The position numbers and the translations under genes were made by a program. From a bacterium (GTDB lineage: Bacteria > Patescibacteriota > Minisyncoccia > UBA6257 > 02-FULL-45-10c), in NCBI GenBank assembly GCA_030646555.1, contig JAUSKP010000010.1, positions 1 to 57,499 of the forward strand: a DNA stretch of 57,499 nt, in the 5' to 3' direction. Shown in pieces: positions 1 to 9,470 of this stretch (position 1 is its first letter; each line of letters starts with the position of its first letter). Below the pieces are notes generated by a model. That model had not been told where the DNA came from, did not search any database, and saw nothing but the letters and a program-made list of their open reading frames with translations.

Positions 1-332
1 CCGCCGGCATAACCAACCATCTCAAAAGAATACCAAGGCAAAACCTTGCCGTTTAAGTGAGTGTCTTCCCAATTCGGATCGGCATTATAAATGCTGTGCA
101 GGGCGGTAAAAATATTCTCCATTGCTTTCGGGGTCTTTAAAACATTGCCCGGGATTTTTATTTCCAAAAAAACCCACTTCATGTTTTTTATGAACATCTT
201 TTTTAAACCGGTAAGCCAAAAGTCGGAAAAAATAAAAAACAAAATAACCGGTAAAATGATCCACCAGCTAAACTTAAAAAATTCTAAAAGAATCTTGCCC
301 GCTCCGAATATAATTATCCAAGGATCTGCCAT
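1..332 (-). CDS. hypothetical membrane protein, N-terminal part only (continues past the left window edge)
   Basis: Uninterrupted minus-strand frame from ATG at 330-332 to position 1 (MADPWIIIFGAGKILLEFFKFSWWIILPVILFFIFSDFW...). Hydrophobic N-terminus. Absent from the ORF track because it has no stop in the window. Confidence 0.5.
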   Translation of the reverse strand, partial: MADPWIIIFGAGKILLEFFKFSWWIILPVILFFIFSDFWLTGLKKMFIKNMKWVFLEIKIPGNVLKTPKAMENIFTALHSIYNADPNWEDTHLNGKVLPWYSFEMVGYAG

Positions 333-397
333 ATCTAATTCAATGATCTTTATTAATGCCTACTTACATTTTACTAAAAAAACCGTAAATTTAAAAG

Positions 398-455
398 CCC
401 GTTAGAGATCCTCCGCAAGTAGCGGCGGTCATCACGACAACTTATCTCTAACGGG
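398..455. repeat. inverted-repeat element, family F (CCCGTTAGAGA ... TCTCTAACGGG)
   Basis: Arms cccgttagagat / atctctaacggg. Same arms and similar core (acgac motif) as 44716-44830. Confidence 0.7.
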
Positions 456-511
456 CTAAACCCCCTAAAAACAAAATCCGCCAACCGGCGGATAATGTTG
501 ATCTCATATAA

Positions 512-1558
512 TTAAGCTAAATTAACGGCATATCTTCCATCATCCAAACGATTAAAATGCTTTTTATTCTGCAAATTGATAAAAATGGTATTTTTCTTAA
601 ACACTCTTTCTTTCAAAACAAATTCCATCAAATCTCTCGGTTTAAGCGGTCCATTTTCTTTAAGAATTCTCATCATAACTTCTTTGGCGGTGCCGGGAGT
701 ATAGCCAAGCTCCTGAAGGCCATAAATACCGCGGCCAACCAAAACGAATTTTCCATCTTTAATAAGTTCATTATGAACAGTCTGCGCATTTATGCTTCTC
801 GCGGATTTTTTATAGTTTCCAATAGTTTTAGCTATTTCCGCGAAATGCAAAGGTTTCTTTTCTTTTTTAAGAACCATATATGCCCAGTCACGAATAGTTT
901 TAGGATTTACTTCGGACCAATCGGACAAGCCGAAATCACCGAAAGAATTGATATGAAAATCTTTTGAAAGAGAAATAAAGTTTAAAGCCACCAAATCTTT
1001 TAAATTATGCGGCTTGATCGCTTCGCTGAAAACTTTGTCTATGCTGGTATGGGAAAGAACTTTTTCTTTCTTGGTCGTCATATATTTAACAAGCCTAGAG
1101 ATAAAACTGACGATTTTTTTATCTTCGGATTCTTCCTGATACCAATAGGAATAAAACTTTTCGTTTTCACTGTGATATTTCGGGCAGCCGGCCATTTCCA
1201 ACAAGAACTTAACTTGGCTGTCAAAAATAGGAGAAGATTTTTCACCTAAAAGAAGCTGCAGATCAGCCAAGAGCAGGGCTTCGCGCCTAGCGCCTCCCAT
1301 ATTTTTAATATGCTCGTTAACGGTCTTTAAAAATTCATTCAAAATACCGCTCTTAATAAACCCTCTAAGATCTTTTATCGCCCCCGCCTCAATTTGCCTT
1401 ACTCTTTCTCTGGTAATACCGTGACCCTTGCCTAGTTCAGCCAAAGTAATAGCTTTCCCATCTCTTAATCCATAACGACGCTCAATAACCTCTCTTTGTC
1501 TTGGGGTTAAAATACTTAATATTTGATTCAACAATTTTTCAGTATTTGCTGGGGTCAT
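512..1558 (-). CDS. sigma-70 region-4 HTH protein with C-terminal HARE-HTH (RNAP delta-like) domain
   Basis: N-terminus LTPRQREVIERRYGL...TLAELG...GITRERVRQIE is a classic sigma region 4.2. C-terminal DWAYMVLKKEKKPLHFAEIAKTI resembles HARE-HTH. Confidence 0.7.
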   Translation of the reverse strand: MTPANTEKLLNQILSILTPRQREVIERRYGLRDGKAITLAELGKGHGITRERVRQIEAGAIKDLRGFIKSGILNEFLKTVNEHIKNMGGARREALLLADLQLLLGEKSSPIFDSQVKFLLEMAGCPKYHSENEKFYSYWYQEESEDKKIVSFISRLVKYMTTKKEKVLSHTSIDKVFSEAIKPHNLKDLVALNFISLSKDFHINSFGDFGLSDWSEVNPKTIRDWAYMVLKKEKKPLHFAEIAKTIGNYKKSARSINAQTVHNELIKDGKFVLVGRGIYGLQELGYTPGTAKEVMMRILKENGPLKPRDLMEFVLKERVFKKNTIFINLQNKKHFNRLDDGRYAVNLA

Positions 1559-1598
1559 ATTTTTGTAACTTCTTTAATTACAAATATAATACCATATC

Positions 1599-2486
1599 CT
1601 ATTTATTTTGTAAATAGGTCAAAAGCGGACTGGCCATAAAGATAGAAGAATAGGTTCCAATGATAGTTCCTATCAAAATTAACAATACGAAATAAGATAA
1701 AGTGGCGGCGCCGAACAAATACAAAGCCACCAAAACTATCACCAATGTAAGAGTCGTATTTATTGATCTGGCAAATGTTTGATTGATGCTAATGTTAATT
1801 ATTTCGCCAAGTTTTTTGCCTCTGTGAACAATTAAATTTTCCCTAATTCTGTCAAAGACTACAATCGTGTCGTGAACGGAAAAACCCATTATTGTTAAAA
1901 TGGCAACAATAAAATTTGTATCAATTTCTAATCCCTTCACGCTGCCCCACCACGCGTATAAACCGGCCGGGATAACGGCGTCATGGAAAAGGCAAATTAA
2001 AGTAGCTATGCCATATTTCCAAGAACTGACGGGATAAGAAACTTTTCTAAAAGCGAAAGCTATATAAAGCGAAATTCCGAAAAGCACTAAAATGAAAGCC
2101 CAAATTGCCTTGCTCTTTAATTCAGCGCCGATCACGGGACCAATGCTTTCAAAACGCAATTCTTCTACCTGGCCAAAATCTTGCTGTAATTTTGCGACAT
2201 ACTCTTGATGTTGATTTTCAGAAAGCTCATTGGTTCTGATCATCATTACTCCATTTTCGGATCCGGCTGTCACCAAAAGATTTTCTATGCCAAAATTTGT
2301 TTTAAAATAATTTTCTAATTCCGGAACAGAAACTTCCTGACCGGAAAAACGAACCTGCCATAAAGTTCCGCCGGAAAAATCAATTCCTTCTTTAAAGCCA
2401 TAAGTGAAAATGCTCACAAAAGCCAAGGCTAGCAAAACCAATGAAATACCGATAAATAAATTTTTATATTTTATTAAATCAAACAT
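1599..2486 (-). CDS. secF: protein translocase subunit SecF
   Basis: 295 aa polytopic protein with SecF-like GIDFSGGT and FSVHDTIVVFDRIREN motifs, directly downstream of secD. Confidence 0.9.
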   Translation of the reverse strand: MFDLIKYKNLFIGISLVLLALAFVSIFTYGFKEGIDFSGGTLWQVRFSGQEVSVPELENYFKTNFGIENLLVTAGSENGVMMIRTNELSENQHQEYVAKLQQDFGQVEELRFESIGPVIGAELKSKAIWAFILVLFGISLYIAFAFRKVSYPVSSWKYGIATLICLFHDAVIPAGLYAWWGSVKGLEIDTNFIVAILTIMGFSVHDTIVVFDRIRENLIVHRGKKLGEIINISINQTFARSINTTLTLVIVLVALYLFGAATLSYFVLLILIGTIIGTYSSIFMASPLLTYLQNK

Positions 2487-2500
2487 ATTATATGGTGTAA

Positions 2501-3781
2501 TTATTTTTTAACGACTAAATCTTTAGCATAAAAAATCCTCAGTAAATTTCTGGTAACTGTTATGGCGGTAAACATACTCACGAGAACACCGATAAGCAAT
2601 GTCAAAGCGAATCCTTTGACAAAGCCCGAGGTGAAGTTATAAAGAATAATTGTAGTTAAAATTGTAGTAAGATTTGAATCCCTGATAGAAGTCCAAGCTC
2701 GCCTGAATCCCTCATCTAAAGAAGTGGCCCTCTGCAAACCTTTCTTCATTTCTTCTTTGGTTCTTTCAAAGATAAGAACGTTGGCATCTACTGCCATACC
2801 AATAGATAGAATGAAGCCTGCAATACCGGCCAAAGACATTGTTACGGAAAAAACTTTAAATATGGCCAAAGTTAATGCTACATACATAAATAAGGCAATG
2901 GAAGCAAAGAAACCCAGGCCATGATAATAAAGAACCATAAACAACATTACGGCTAAAGTTCCTAAAAGACCCGCCCAAATAGTTTTCTGCAAAGAATCCT
3001 GCCCCAAAGAGGCGCTGACGGTTTGCTGATTTATCAATTTAATAGGAGCTGGCAAAGCGCCGGCGTTGAATCTCTCAACTAGTAATTTGGCTTCTTTCGC
3101 GTCATTAATACCGGTGATCTGAGCTCTGCCTCCGGAAATCGCTTCGTTTACTCTAGGAGCGCTGATAAGATTGTTGTCTAAAAATATTGCCAGCGGCTTT
3201 CCGATATTTTTCCTGGTCAATTCTTCAAATAATTTAGCACCTTCATCGTTGAATTCAATACTAACCAAGGGCTGTCCTAAATCACTGAGTGTAAGTTGGG
3301 CCCCCTTGATATATCTGCCGTTAAGCTCGCTCGGAATAAATTCTTGGGCTTGAGTAGCTGAAGTGGTGGCGGTGGCAGGAATTTCAACTTGATTTACTTC
3401 CGCAAATTGCAAAAATGGAGTTTCGCCGATCTGATTGATGGCTTCTTTCACATCTTTAATGCCGGCGAGTTCAACATTCAATCTGTAATTTTCTCCGGCT
3501 CTGGAAGTAGTAATTCTTGGCTCGGCCACGCCGAACAAGTTCACTCTTTTTTCAATAACATCTCTTAAGCCGTTAATTACTGAATCCTTATCGGCAGACG
3601 AAATACCGGACATATCAACTTCATAAACCAAATAACTTCCGCCAACCAAGTCTAATCCTAATTTCCAAGGCATATATTGGCTGATATATCCGCCAATTGG
3701 AGCTTTTGGATAAACAAAAAAGACCGCAAGAACTGTGAGCATTAATACTAATATGAACAGAGATAAATTTTTTGACTTCAT
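2501..3781 (-). CDS. secD: protein translocase subunit SecD
   Basis: 426 aa. LGLDLVGG, periplasmic domain, and C-terminal SecD/F TM bundle (GIAGFILSIGMAVDANVLIFER). Confidence 0.9.
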   Translation of the reverse strand: MKSKNLSLFILVLMLTVLAVFFVYPKAPIGGYISQYMPWKLGLDLVGGSYLVYEVDMSGISSADKDSVINGLRDVIEKRVNLFGVAEPRITTSRAGENYRLNVELAGIKDVKEAINQIGETPFLQFAEVNQVEIPATATTSATQAQEFIPSELNGRYIKGAQLTLSDLGQPLVSIEFNDEGAKLFEELTRKNIGKPLAIFLDNNLISAPRVNEAISGGRAQITGINDAKEAKLLVERFNAGALPAPIKLINQQTVSASLGQDSLQKTIWAGLLGTLAVMLFMVLYYHGLGFFASIALFMYVALTLAIFKVFSVTMSLAGIAGFILSIGMAVDANVLIFERTKEEMKKGLQRATSLDEGFRRAWTSIRDSNLTTILTTIILYNFTSGFVKGFALTLLIGVLVSMFTAITVTRNLLRIFYAKDLVVKK

Positions 3782-3789
3782 TTAATTTA

Positions 3790-3918
3790 CCCCGCACCTT
3801 TTAAGGATTGGGTTTTTAATTTTAATTATTTGTTAATTCAATAAACCAAACTCCATTTTTCACTTTTTAATATAATTTAGAATATTTTACAGACTAGTTA
3901 TCCTTAAAAGGTGCGGGG
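3790..3918. repeat. long-armed inverted-repeat element, family D2 (CCCCGCACCTTTTAAGGA arms)
   Basis: 18-bp arms ccccgcaccttttaagga / tccttaaaaggtgcgggg separated by about 93 bp. Abuts the secD start codon. Related copy at 13994-14079. Confidence 0.8.
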
Positions 3919-3983
3919 ATTAGTTTAATGATAAATTGATATTTATTATAGTAAGTTTCTAGTATTATGGCAAATTGTTTTTT

Positions 3984-4013
3984 GTCATTCCTGGCTTGAC
4001 CCGGAATCCAGAT
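3984..4013. repeat. half copy of family B repeat (GTCATTCC...GGAATCCAG)
   Basis: gtcattcctggcttgacccggaatccagatt matches the left half of 53267-53327. Confidence 0.7.
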
Positions 4014-4201
4014 TCTTCAAAAAACTCGCTCCGCCAATCATTTTCTCGGAAACAGCGTAATTTTTCCCTGCGAAAAATTCGCTTCGCTCTCAGAGTTTTG
4101 CCGCAGACGGACCGTGCCAAAACTCCTCCGAGACGTTCCTCAAAAAAGATTGATGTAGCACTCCGCTTGCTCATCTGCAAAAATTTCGGATAAAGATATT
4201 T

Positions 4202-4906
4202 TTAATAAAAAGACTCCGTAAAAATATTTTCTTCCGGAACACCACTTTCTTTAAGATCTTTCCAAATAGCATTCACAAACTGTATGGATCCGCAAAGATA
4301 ATAATTCCTCTTACCAAAAGAAACGAGGTGTTTTTTAAGCGACTCCTTATTCATTCGCGAATATTCTTGAACCAAAGGATGCTTACCTTTCTCCTGGGTT
4401 AAAAAATAAACCAATTTATCTATGCCTTTGTTTTTTGCTAAGTCATTCAATTCATCAAAAAAAGCTATGCCGGAAATTGTTTTGTTGCTGTAAAGCAATG
4501 TAAGCTTCGGCTTGGCTTTGGAATTTATTTTTTCTTTGATAACGCTAAAAAAAGGAGTGACGCCAATTCCTCCGGCTATAAATACTATGTCCTCGCAATT
4601 TTCTTCAGGATAAAACTTGCCGTATGGACCACCAAAAATTAATTTATCATTAATCGCGGTATCTATTAAAGCAGAAGAGAAAACTCCCTGCCTTTTGACG
4701 GTCAGACAAATTAATTTTTCATTTGGCGAACTTGAGATCGTATAACATTTAGAACGCCCAACTATTGATGGAACTTTAACGCTCACATATTGCCCGGCAA
4801 TAAAATTAAAACCAGCCCCATCCGCCGGCTTAAAAAATAGCGAAGCTATATTTTCCGCTTCGTCTTTTTTGCTTACCAATACAAATTCTCTATTTTTATT
4901 TTCCAT
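4202..4906 (-). CDS. FAD/NAD(P)-binding oxidoreductase (ferredoxin-reductase type)
   Basis: 234 aa. FR-type FAD-binding beta-barrel (GQYVSVKV, YTISS) followed by an NAD-binding GGIGVTPF motif. Overlaps the iscU stop. Confidence 0.75.
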   Translation of the reverse strand: MENKNREFVLVSKKDEAENIASLFFKPADGAGFNFIAGQYVSVKVPSIVGRSKCYTISSSPNEKLICLTVKRQGVFSSALIDTAINDKLIFGGPYGKFYPEENCEDIVFIAGGIGVTPFFSVIKEKINSKAKPKLTLLYSNKTISGIAFFDELNDLAKNKGIDKLVYFLTQEKGKHPLVQEYSRMNKESLKKHLVSFGKRNYYLCGSIQFVNAIWKDLKESGVPEENIFTESFY

Positions 4907-5336
4907 TTTTATTTAAATAATCTTCAACCGCTTCCCGCAGAGCTTCGTGCCCCAAAACCGAGCAATGAAATTTTCTGTCCGGCAAACCGCCAAGTCTTTC
5001 TACTATCTGCTGAGGTTTCAGTGTCTGCGCTGTTTTCAGATCCATTCCGCCCTTTTCAGTTGCCATCACGGACATCATTGAAGCCGAAGCAATGGCTGAG
5101 GCGCAGCCAAAAGTCCGCCATTTGCATTCCTTGATGCGTTCAGTCTTTTTATCAACTTTGATCCATGCGATCATAACGTCCCCGCATTCCGGACTGCCCA
5201 CAGTGCCCACTCCATCCGCTTTATAGCCGGTTTCGTCCAATAAAATATTTCTTGGATGAAAAAAATGATCTTTTATGGTTTCGCTATAGATCCAACCCGC
5301 TCCATCGGGAGAACACGATTTTTTTTGCTGTTTCAT
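4896..5336 (-). CDS. iscU: Fe-S cluster assembly scaffold, NifU/IscU N-terminal type
   Basis: Three conserved cysteines (GSPECGD, FGCASAIAS, FHCSVLG). Translationally coupled to the cysteine desulfurase gene. Confidence 0.9.
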   Translation of the reverse strand: MKQQKKSCSPDGAGWIYSETIKDHFFHPRNILLDETGYKADGVGTVGSPECGDVMIAWIKVDKKTERIKECKWRTFGCASAIASASMMSVMATEKGGMDLKTAQTLKPQQIVERLGGLPDRKFHCSVLGHEALREAVEDYLNKNGK

Positions 5337-6619
5337 TTTATCGAAGATATGCCTCTTATTTTTTTAACAGACTCTACTAAAACTTTCATAGTGTAGTCTA
5401 TGTCTCCTTTTTTAGTATATCGTCCAAGCGTAAAACGAACGCTGCAGTGAGCAAGTTCTAAAGGCAATCCTATGCTTAATAATACATAAGATGGGCTAAG
5501 ATCTAAGGATGAACAGGCTGATCCCGTAGAACAATAAATTCCGTACCTATCTAATAGAAGGAGCAGGGATTCCCCCTCAACTCCTTTTATAGATACATTT
5601 ATATTATTTGGCAGTCGCTGTTTTATGTCTCCGTTTACCAATACCCCATCAATTTCTTTTTGAATCCGTCTCAAAAAATAGTCTCGTAATTTTATTAATC
5701 GCTTGCTTTCTGAAACTCTTTTCTTTTCAGAAATTGAAAGAGCCTCGGAAAAACCTACAATCCCCGCCACATTTTCCGTTCCCGATCTTAATCCCCTTTC
5801 CTGTCCGCCGCCAAATATAATTGGCTCAATCTTAGCTTGTAGTGAGCCCGTCGAACTATATTTTTTATTTAAATAGAGGCACCCGATCCCTTTTGGCCCG
5901 TATATTTTTGAAGAGCTCATCGTGAGAGCATCTGCCCCTAATTCCTTAGCTTTAATTGGCAATGCGCTAGCGGCCTGGCAGGCATCCGTGTGAAATATTG
6001 GGAATAATGAATTGTTATTAAATCTGTCATTGTGAGGCAACCGAAGCAATCTATTTGTTTTCTCAGATTGCCGCGTCGCAGACTCCTCGCAATGACGGAC
6101 AGTTTTAAATTCCTGAATAATTTTAGCGATTTCCTTTATTGGTTGAATAGTTCCAATTTCGTTATTGGCATACATTATAGAAACCAAAATCGTATCCCGC
6201 CTTAAACTCAAACTCAACTTTTCTAAAGAAACCAAACCCTTTTTATCTACATCTAAATAAGTTATTTCAAAGCCTTCTTTTTCCAGTTTCTTGCAGGCAT
6301 CCAATATCGCTTTATGTTCAATACCCGAAACAATTACGTGCTTTCCTTTTTCTTTATAGGCGCGGGCAATGCCGAACATAGCCAAATTGTCGGATTCGGT
6401 TCCCCCGCTGGTAAATATAATTTCTTCCGGCTCCGCGCCAATATGTTTAGCGATATTTTTTCTTGCCGTTTCAATCGCATTCTTGCTTTCTCTGCCAAGA
6501 GCATGCAAAGAAGACGGGTTGCCATACCTTTCTTTAAAATAAGGCAACATTGCCTTTAATACCCTAGGATCAACGGGCGTCGTTGAAGCGTTATCTAAAT
6601 AGACTTGTTTAGATTTCAT
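5333..6619 (-). CDS. iscS: cysteine desulfurase (NifS/IscS class) carrying an in-frame repeat insertion
   Basis: YLDNASTTP, FTSGGTESDN, HTDACQA, SSSKIYGPKG and GSACSS motifs. About 30 extra residues are encoded by repeat 6026-6096. Confidence 0.9.
   Translation of the reverse strand: MKSKQVYLDNASTTPVDPRVLKAMLPYFKERYGNPSSLHALGRESKNAIETARKNIAKHIGAEPEEIIFTSGGTESDNLAMFGIARAYKEKGKHVIVSGIEHKAILDACKKLEKEGFEITYLDVDKKGLVSLEKLSLSLRRDTILVSIMYANNEIGTIQPIKEIAKIIQEFKTVRHCEESATRQSEKTNRLLRLPHNDRFNNNSLFPIFHTDACQAASALPIKAKELGADALTMSSSKIYGPKGIGCLYLNKKYSSTGSLQAKIEPIIFGGGQERGLRSGTENVAGIVGFSEALSISEKKRVSESKRLIKLRDYFLRRIQKEIDGVLVNGDIKQRLPNNINVSIKGVEGESLLLLLDRYGIYCSTGSACSSLDLSPSYVLLSIGLPLELAHCSVRFTLGRYTKKGDIDYTMKVLVESVKKIRGISSIK
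6026..6096. repeat. family A palindromic element (GTCATTG[CT]GAGG ... CCTCGCAATGAC) inside the iscS coding frame
   Basis: Same termini and core (ccgaagcaatct...agattgccgcgtcgcagactcctcgcaatgac) as the intergenic copies at 10499, 11326 and 11976. Confidence 0.85.
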
Positions 6620-6627
6620 AAAAAATA

Positions 6628-7467
6628 TTACTTTATTCTTCCATAACTATCGCTAAGCCTGATCACATCTTCAACTTCCGAAGTAGATATCTCAAAAAGC
6701 TTGACCGCATCTTTGCCGGCGGAAAATCTATGGACCGTTTTCGGAAGTATCACAATGCTTTTTCCGGCTTCCAATATCGTTTCTTTGCTGCCAATTCCTA
6801 CCTTCAATTTCCCTTCTAAAACATAAATAGTCTCATGTTTCATATTATGATATTGCTCGCTCAATTTCTGCCACGGATCTATAGAGATTATTTTGCCTGT
6901 ATACAATTTATTGTGCGCTACCCACTCTTCTTTTCCCCAAGGCTTTTTAACCACCTTGATCTTCCCCATCATTCCTTTTATTTTCTTGTCCGTATTCATC
7001 CGCTTTATTATCTCCGATTCGTTTTTAACGAGATTTGAAGAAGACTGGATCTTTTTGCCCAGCTTATCTATCATTTTTATTCCATATTTTTGGCACAGGC
7101 CTTTTTCCGGAATATTGCCAAGATTTCTATCTCCTCCCTTTGCAAATATATCCGGCATTATTTTTTCTATGGATCTGCAAACGCTCCCGTCCCGGTCTAT
7201 GCTTTCAAAAACTTCATCAACATATTTTAATGAGCCCACGATCTTCTTCCTTTCGTCGCAGCTCATAAAAACATACCCTTTTTTCATCTTCGCCTGATCA
7301 TCGTTGTTTACTATAACAACTAATTTGTCGCCCAATTTTTTCGCAAGTTTAAGATATTCTATATGTCCAGTATGAATGGGGTCAAAATATCCCGATGCCG
7401 CGACAATGATTTCTTTATTAGTTTTTTTATTCACCCCATTAGAATTTTTTTTTGTATTCATAACCAT
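6628..7467 (-). CDS. bifunctional-looking cytidylyl/adenylyltransferase (RfaE-II-like) fused to a cupin (type II phosphomannose-isomerase-like) domain
   Basis: SGYFDPIHTGHIEYL nucleotidyltransferase motif at the N-terminus. C-terminal cupin region KPWGKEEW...HETIYVLEGKL. Confidence 0.7.
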   Translation of the reverse strand: MVMNTKKNSNGVNKKTNKEIIVAASGYFDPIHTGHIEYLKLAKKLGDKLVVIVNNDDQAKMKKGYVFMSCDERKKIVGSLKYVDEVFESIDRDGSVCRSIEKIMPDIFAKGGDRNLGNIPEKGLCQKYGIKMIDKLGKKIQSSSNLVKNESEIIKRMNTDKKIKGMMGKIKVVKKPWGKEEWVAHNKLYTGKIISIDPWQKLSEQYHNMKHETIYVLEGKLKVGIGSKETILEAGKSIVILPKTVHRFSAGKDAVKLFEISTSEVEDVIRLSDSYGRIK

Positions 7468-7619
7468 TCATTACATTTACCCACGCAATCATTAGAAATA
7501 ATATTTAAGTAAATAACGCTTCTAATTCTAACGGGGTAAATTTTTTAAAAAATATATTGAATTAATAATATCACAGACAAACTAAAGAAAATATCAATGC
7601 TTCTGCTATAATAAATAAA

Positions 7620-7844
7620 ATGAATGGCCATCCCAATAATCCCCTGCAAGATAAAACGCTTGAATCAATATTAAAGTTTCTGGTAGAACAATATGGCTGG
7701 GTGGAGCTCGGCTCCCGCATTAAAATAAAATGCTTCGTAAACAACCCAAGCATTAAATCAAGTCTCGCTTTTTTACGCAAAACTCCCTGGGCAAGGGAAA
7801 AAGTAGAATCTTTATATCTAAACACAAAACAAAATGGATCTTAA
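7620..7844 (+). CDS. DUF2132 (VF530-like) small protein
   Basis: 74 aa. [56 protein letters not shown] matches the family pattern as recalled. TATAAT lies 11 nt before the ATG. Confidence 0.65.
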   Translation: MNGHPNNPLQDKTLESILKFLVEQYGWVELGSRIKIKCFVNNPSIKSSLAFLRKTPWAREKVESLYLNTKQNGS

Positions 7845-8841
7845 AAAATTTCAACAATCATTTGATGGCGAACCGAAATATCGCTTAAACCAAGCTCAAA
7901 AAAGTCTTTTCCAAGACTTAATTAAGAATTGGCAGGAAGCGATCGGACTCCCATTAGCGCTGAGAGAAAAAATAAACAAAGAATTCCCGATAGGTATACC
8001 GGCGGAGGCTTTTACTTCCAAAGATAAAAATACTGTAAAAACTCTTATAACTTTGGAGGATGGCCTAAAAGTTGAAACCGTTCTGATGCGACACGCCGAC
8101 AAAAGAAACACTATCTGTGTTTCTTCTCAGATTGGCTGTCCTATGAATTGCTCTTTCTGCGCCACCGGAAAAATGGGATTTAAAAGGAATCTTGAAACCT
8201 GGGAAATTCTTGAACAGATATTATTTTTCGCCCGCTATCTTAAATTAACGTCCTCGGAGGACGTTAATATAACCAATGTTGTTTTTATGGGTATGGGAGA
8301 GCCGTTTCTGAACTATGAAAATGTGATGGACGCCATAAAAATATTAAATGATAAAAATGGATTTAATTTGGGAGCCAGGCATATTTCTATTTCTACCTGC
8401 GGGGTAACTGAAGGAATTGAAAAATTGGCAGATGAGAATATTCAAATAAATTTAGCCATCTCTCTTCACGCGCCGGACAACAAGACCCGTTCAAAAATAA
8501 TGCCGGCAAATAAAAATTATCCTATTGAGAAAATTTTAAAGGCAGTAGATGAGTATATTAAGAAAACTAACCGCCAGGTGATGTTTGAATATATAATGCT
8601 GAAAAATGTGAATGATTCCGAAGAGCACGCTAGATCCCTAGCAAAATTATTAAAAAAACCGCTTTATATGGTCAACTTGATCGCATACAATCCAACAGGA
8701 ATATATGATCCATCCCCCGCTTCACAAATTAAAAAATTCAAAGAAATTCTGGAACACGAAGGAATTACAGTTACTCAAAGACACGAATTCGGACAAGACA
8801 TCGGAGGCGCTTGCGGACAACTGGCGACTTCGCCTCGTTAA
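7834..8841 (+). CDS. rlmN: 23S rRNA/tRNA adenine-C2 methyltransferase RlmN (radical SAM)
   Basis: [11 protein letters not shown] radical-SAM cluster motif, GMGEPFLNY, and C-terminal GGACGQL. Confidence 0.9.
   Translation: MDLKKFQQSFDGEPKYRLNQAQKSLFQDLIKNWQEAIGLPLALREKINKEFPIGIPAEAFTSKDKNTVKTLITLEDGLKVETVLMRHADKRNTICVSSQIGCPMNCSFCATGKMGFKRNLETWEILEQILFFARYLKLTSSEDVNITNVVFMGMGEPFLNYENVMDAIKILNDKNGFNLGARHISISTCGVTEGIEKLADENIQINLAISLHAPDNKTRSKIMPANKNYPIEKILKAVDEYIKKTNRQVMFEYIMLKNVNDSEEHARSLAKLLKKPLYMVNLIAYNPTGIYDPSPASQIKKFKEILEHEGITVTQRHEFGQDIGGACGQLATSPR
8245..8267. repeat. perfect 23-bp palindrome inside the rlmN frame
   Basis: ttaacgtcctc-g-gaggacgttaa, encoding LTSSEDVN. Confidence 0.8.
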
Positions 8842-8860
8842 ATAATTTTTAAAAAATAAA

Positions 8861-8893
8861 ATCCCTGCGCTCTTACATAGAGAGCGCAGGGAT
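8861..8893. terminator. bidirectional rho-independent terminator (rlmN / small-gene unit 1)
   Basis: atccctgcgctc...gagcgcagggat hairpin flanked by A-run and T-run. Confidence 0.75.
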
Positions 8894-8943
8894 TGTGTGC
8901 CGCCACGACAAAGTCGAGCGAGCCTCGCCAAGGGCGGGAGGAC

Positions 8944-9150
8944 TTATTTGGGAGGAACCGGCTTATACACGATCACGAGCGTCAAGAATATGTCCGGACA
9001 GGCGGTTCCGGGAACTATGGTTATTTCCTGACTAACCGAAACGATCTCGGCGCCCTTATTTTTTTCATGCCATTTGTCTAATTCCCTATTGATATCTCTG
9101 ATCACAGCTTCTTCCCTAACGCTACAGGCATGCAACATTATAATTTTCAT
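8944..9150 (-). CDS. small soluble protein (68 aa), second gene of leader-cassette unit 1
   Basis: ATG preceded by aaggaaggg. Ends ...KPVPPK, sharing a 23-bp 3' block with the 9471-9845 gene. Confidence 0.6.
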   Translation of the reverse strand: MKIIMLHACSVREEAVIRDINRELDKWHEKNKGAEIVSVSQEITIVPGTACPDIFLTLVIVYKPVPPK

Positions 9151-9152
9151 AT

Positions 9153-9323
9153 TTACCCTTCCTTCTTTTTATTGATTTTTTTTGCCGTTTCCGAATCATC
9201 GCCCTTCATTGAGTAAAGAAAAAAGAAAAAAAGTGCCCATCCCGGATGGCCGCCTATGAAGGCCAAAAATGCCGCCCACCCCGGATGACCGCAGAACAAA
9301 CACACGAATGCTATAACAAGCAT
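9153..9323 (-). CDS. 56-aa membrane peptide (below the ORF-track size cut-off), first gene of unit 1
   Basis: Hand translation gives MLVIAFVCLFCGHPGWAAFLAFIGGHPGWALFFFFLYSMKGDDSETAKKINKKKEG. GGAGG lies 8 nt upstream. The stop is 2 nt before the next ATG. Confidence 0.5.
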   Translation of the reverse strand: MLVIAFVCLFCGHPGWAAFLAFIGGHPGWALFFFFLYSMKGDDSETAKKINKKKEG

Positions 9324-9410
9324 GTAATTATTCCTCCTTGCGTTTTACGTTCGCAAAAACGAATTAATGTTCTATTTAACATTAAACTATAGAACGATAT
9401 ATTAGTCAAA
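9324..9410 (-). promoter_or_regulatory. conserved promoter/operator/5' leader cassette, copy 1 of 3
   Basis: mRNA sense: TTGACT-17 nt-TTTAAT, then a palindrome GTTCTAT..ATAGAAC over the -10, then leader AATTCGTTTTTGCGAACGTAAAACGCAAGGAGG. Confidence 0.65.
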
Positions 9411-9420
9411 TAAAAAGAAA

Positions 9421-9446
9421 AGCCCCCCGACTGGTGTCGGGGGGCT
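9421..9446 (-). terminator. rho-independent terminator of unit 2
   Basis: AGCCCCCCGACACCAGTCGGGGGGCT followed by a T-run in minus sense. Confidence 0.8.
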
Positions 9447-9470
9447 TTTGCGCGTAAGCGCGTTGAGGAC

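Noticed and set aside
91-405. 104-aa plus-strand ORF at the left edge
   Set aside because: It is antisense to a better-supported partial membrane-protein gene (1-332, minus). Its composition is a low-complexity AT-rich translation.
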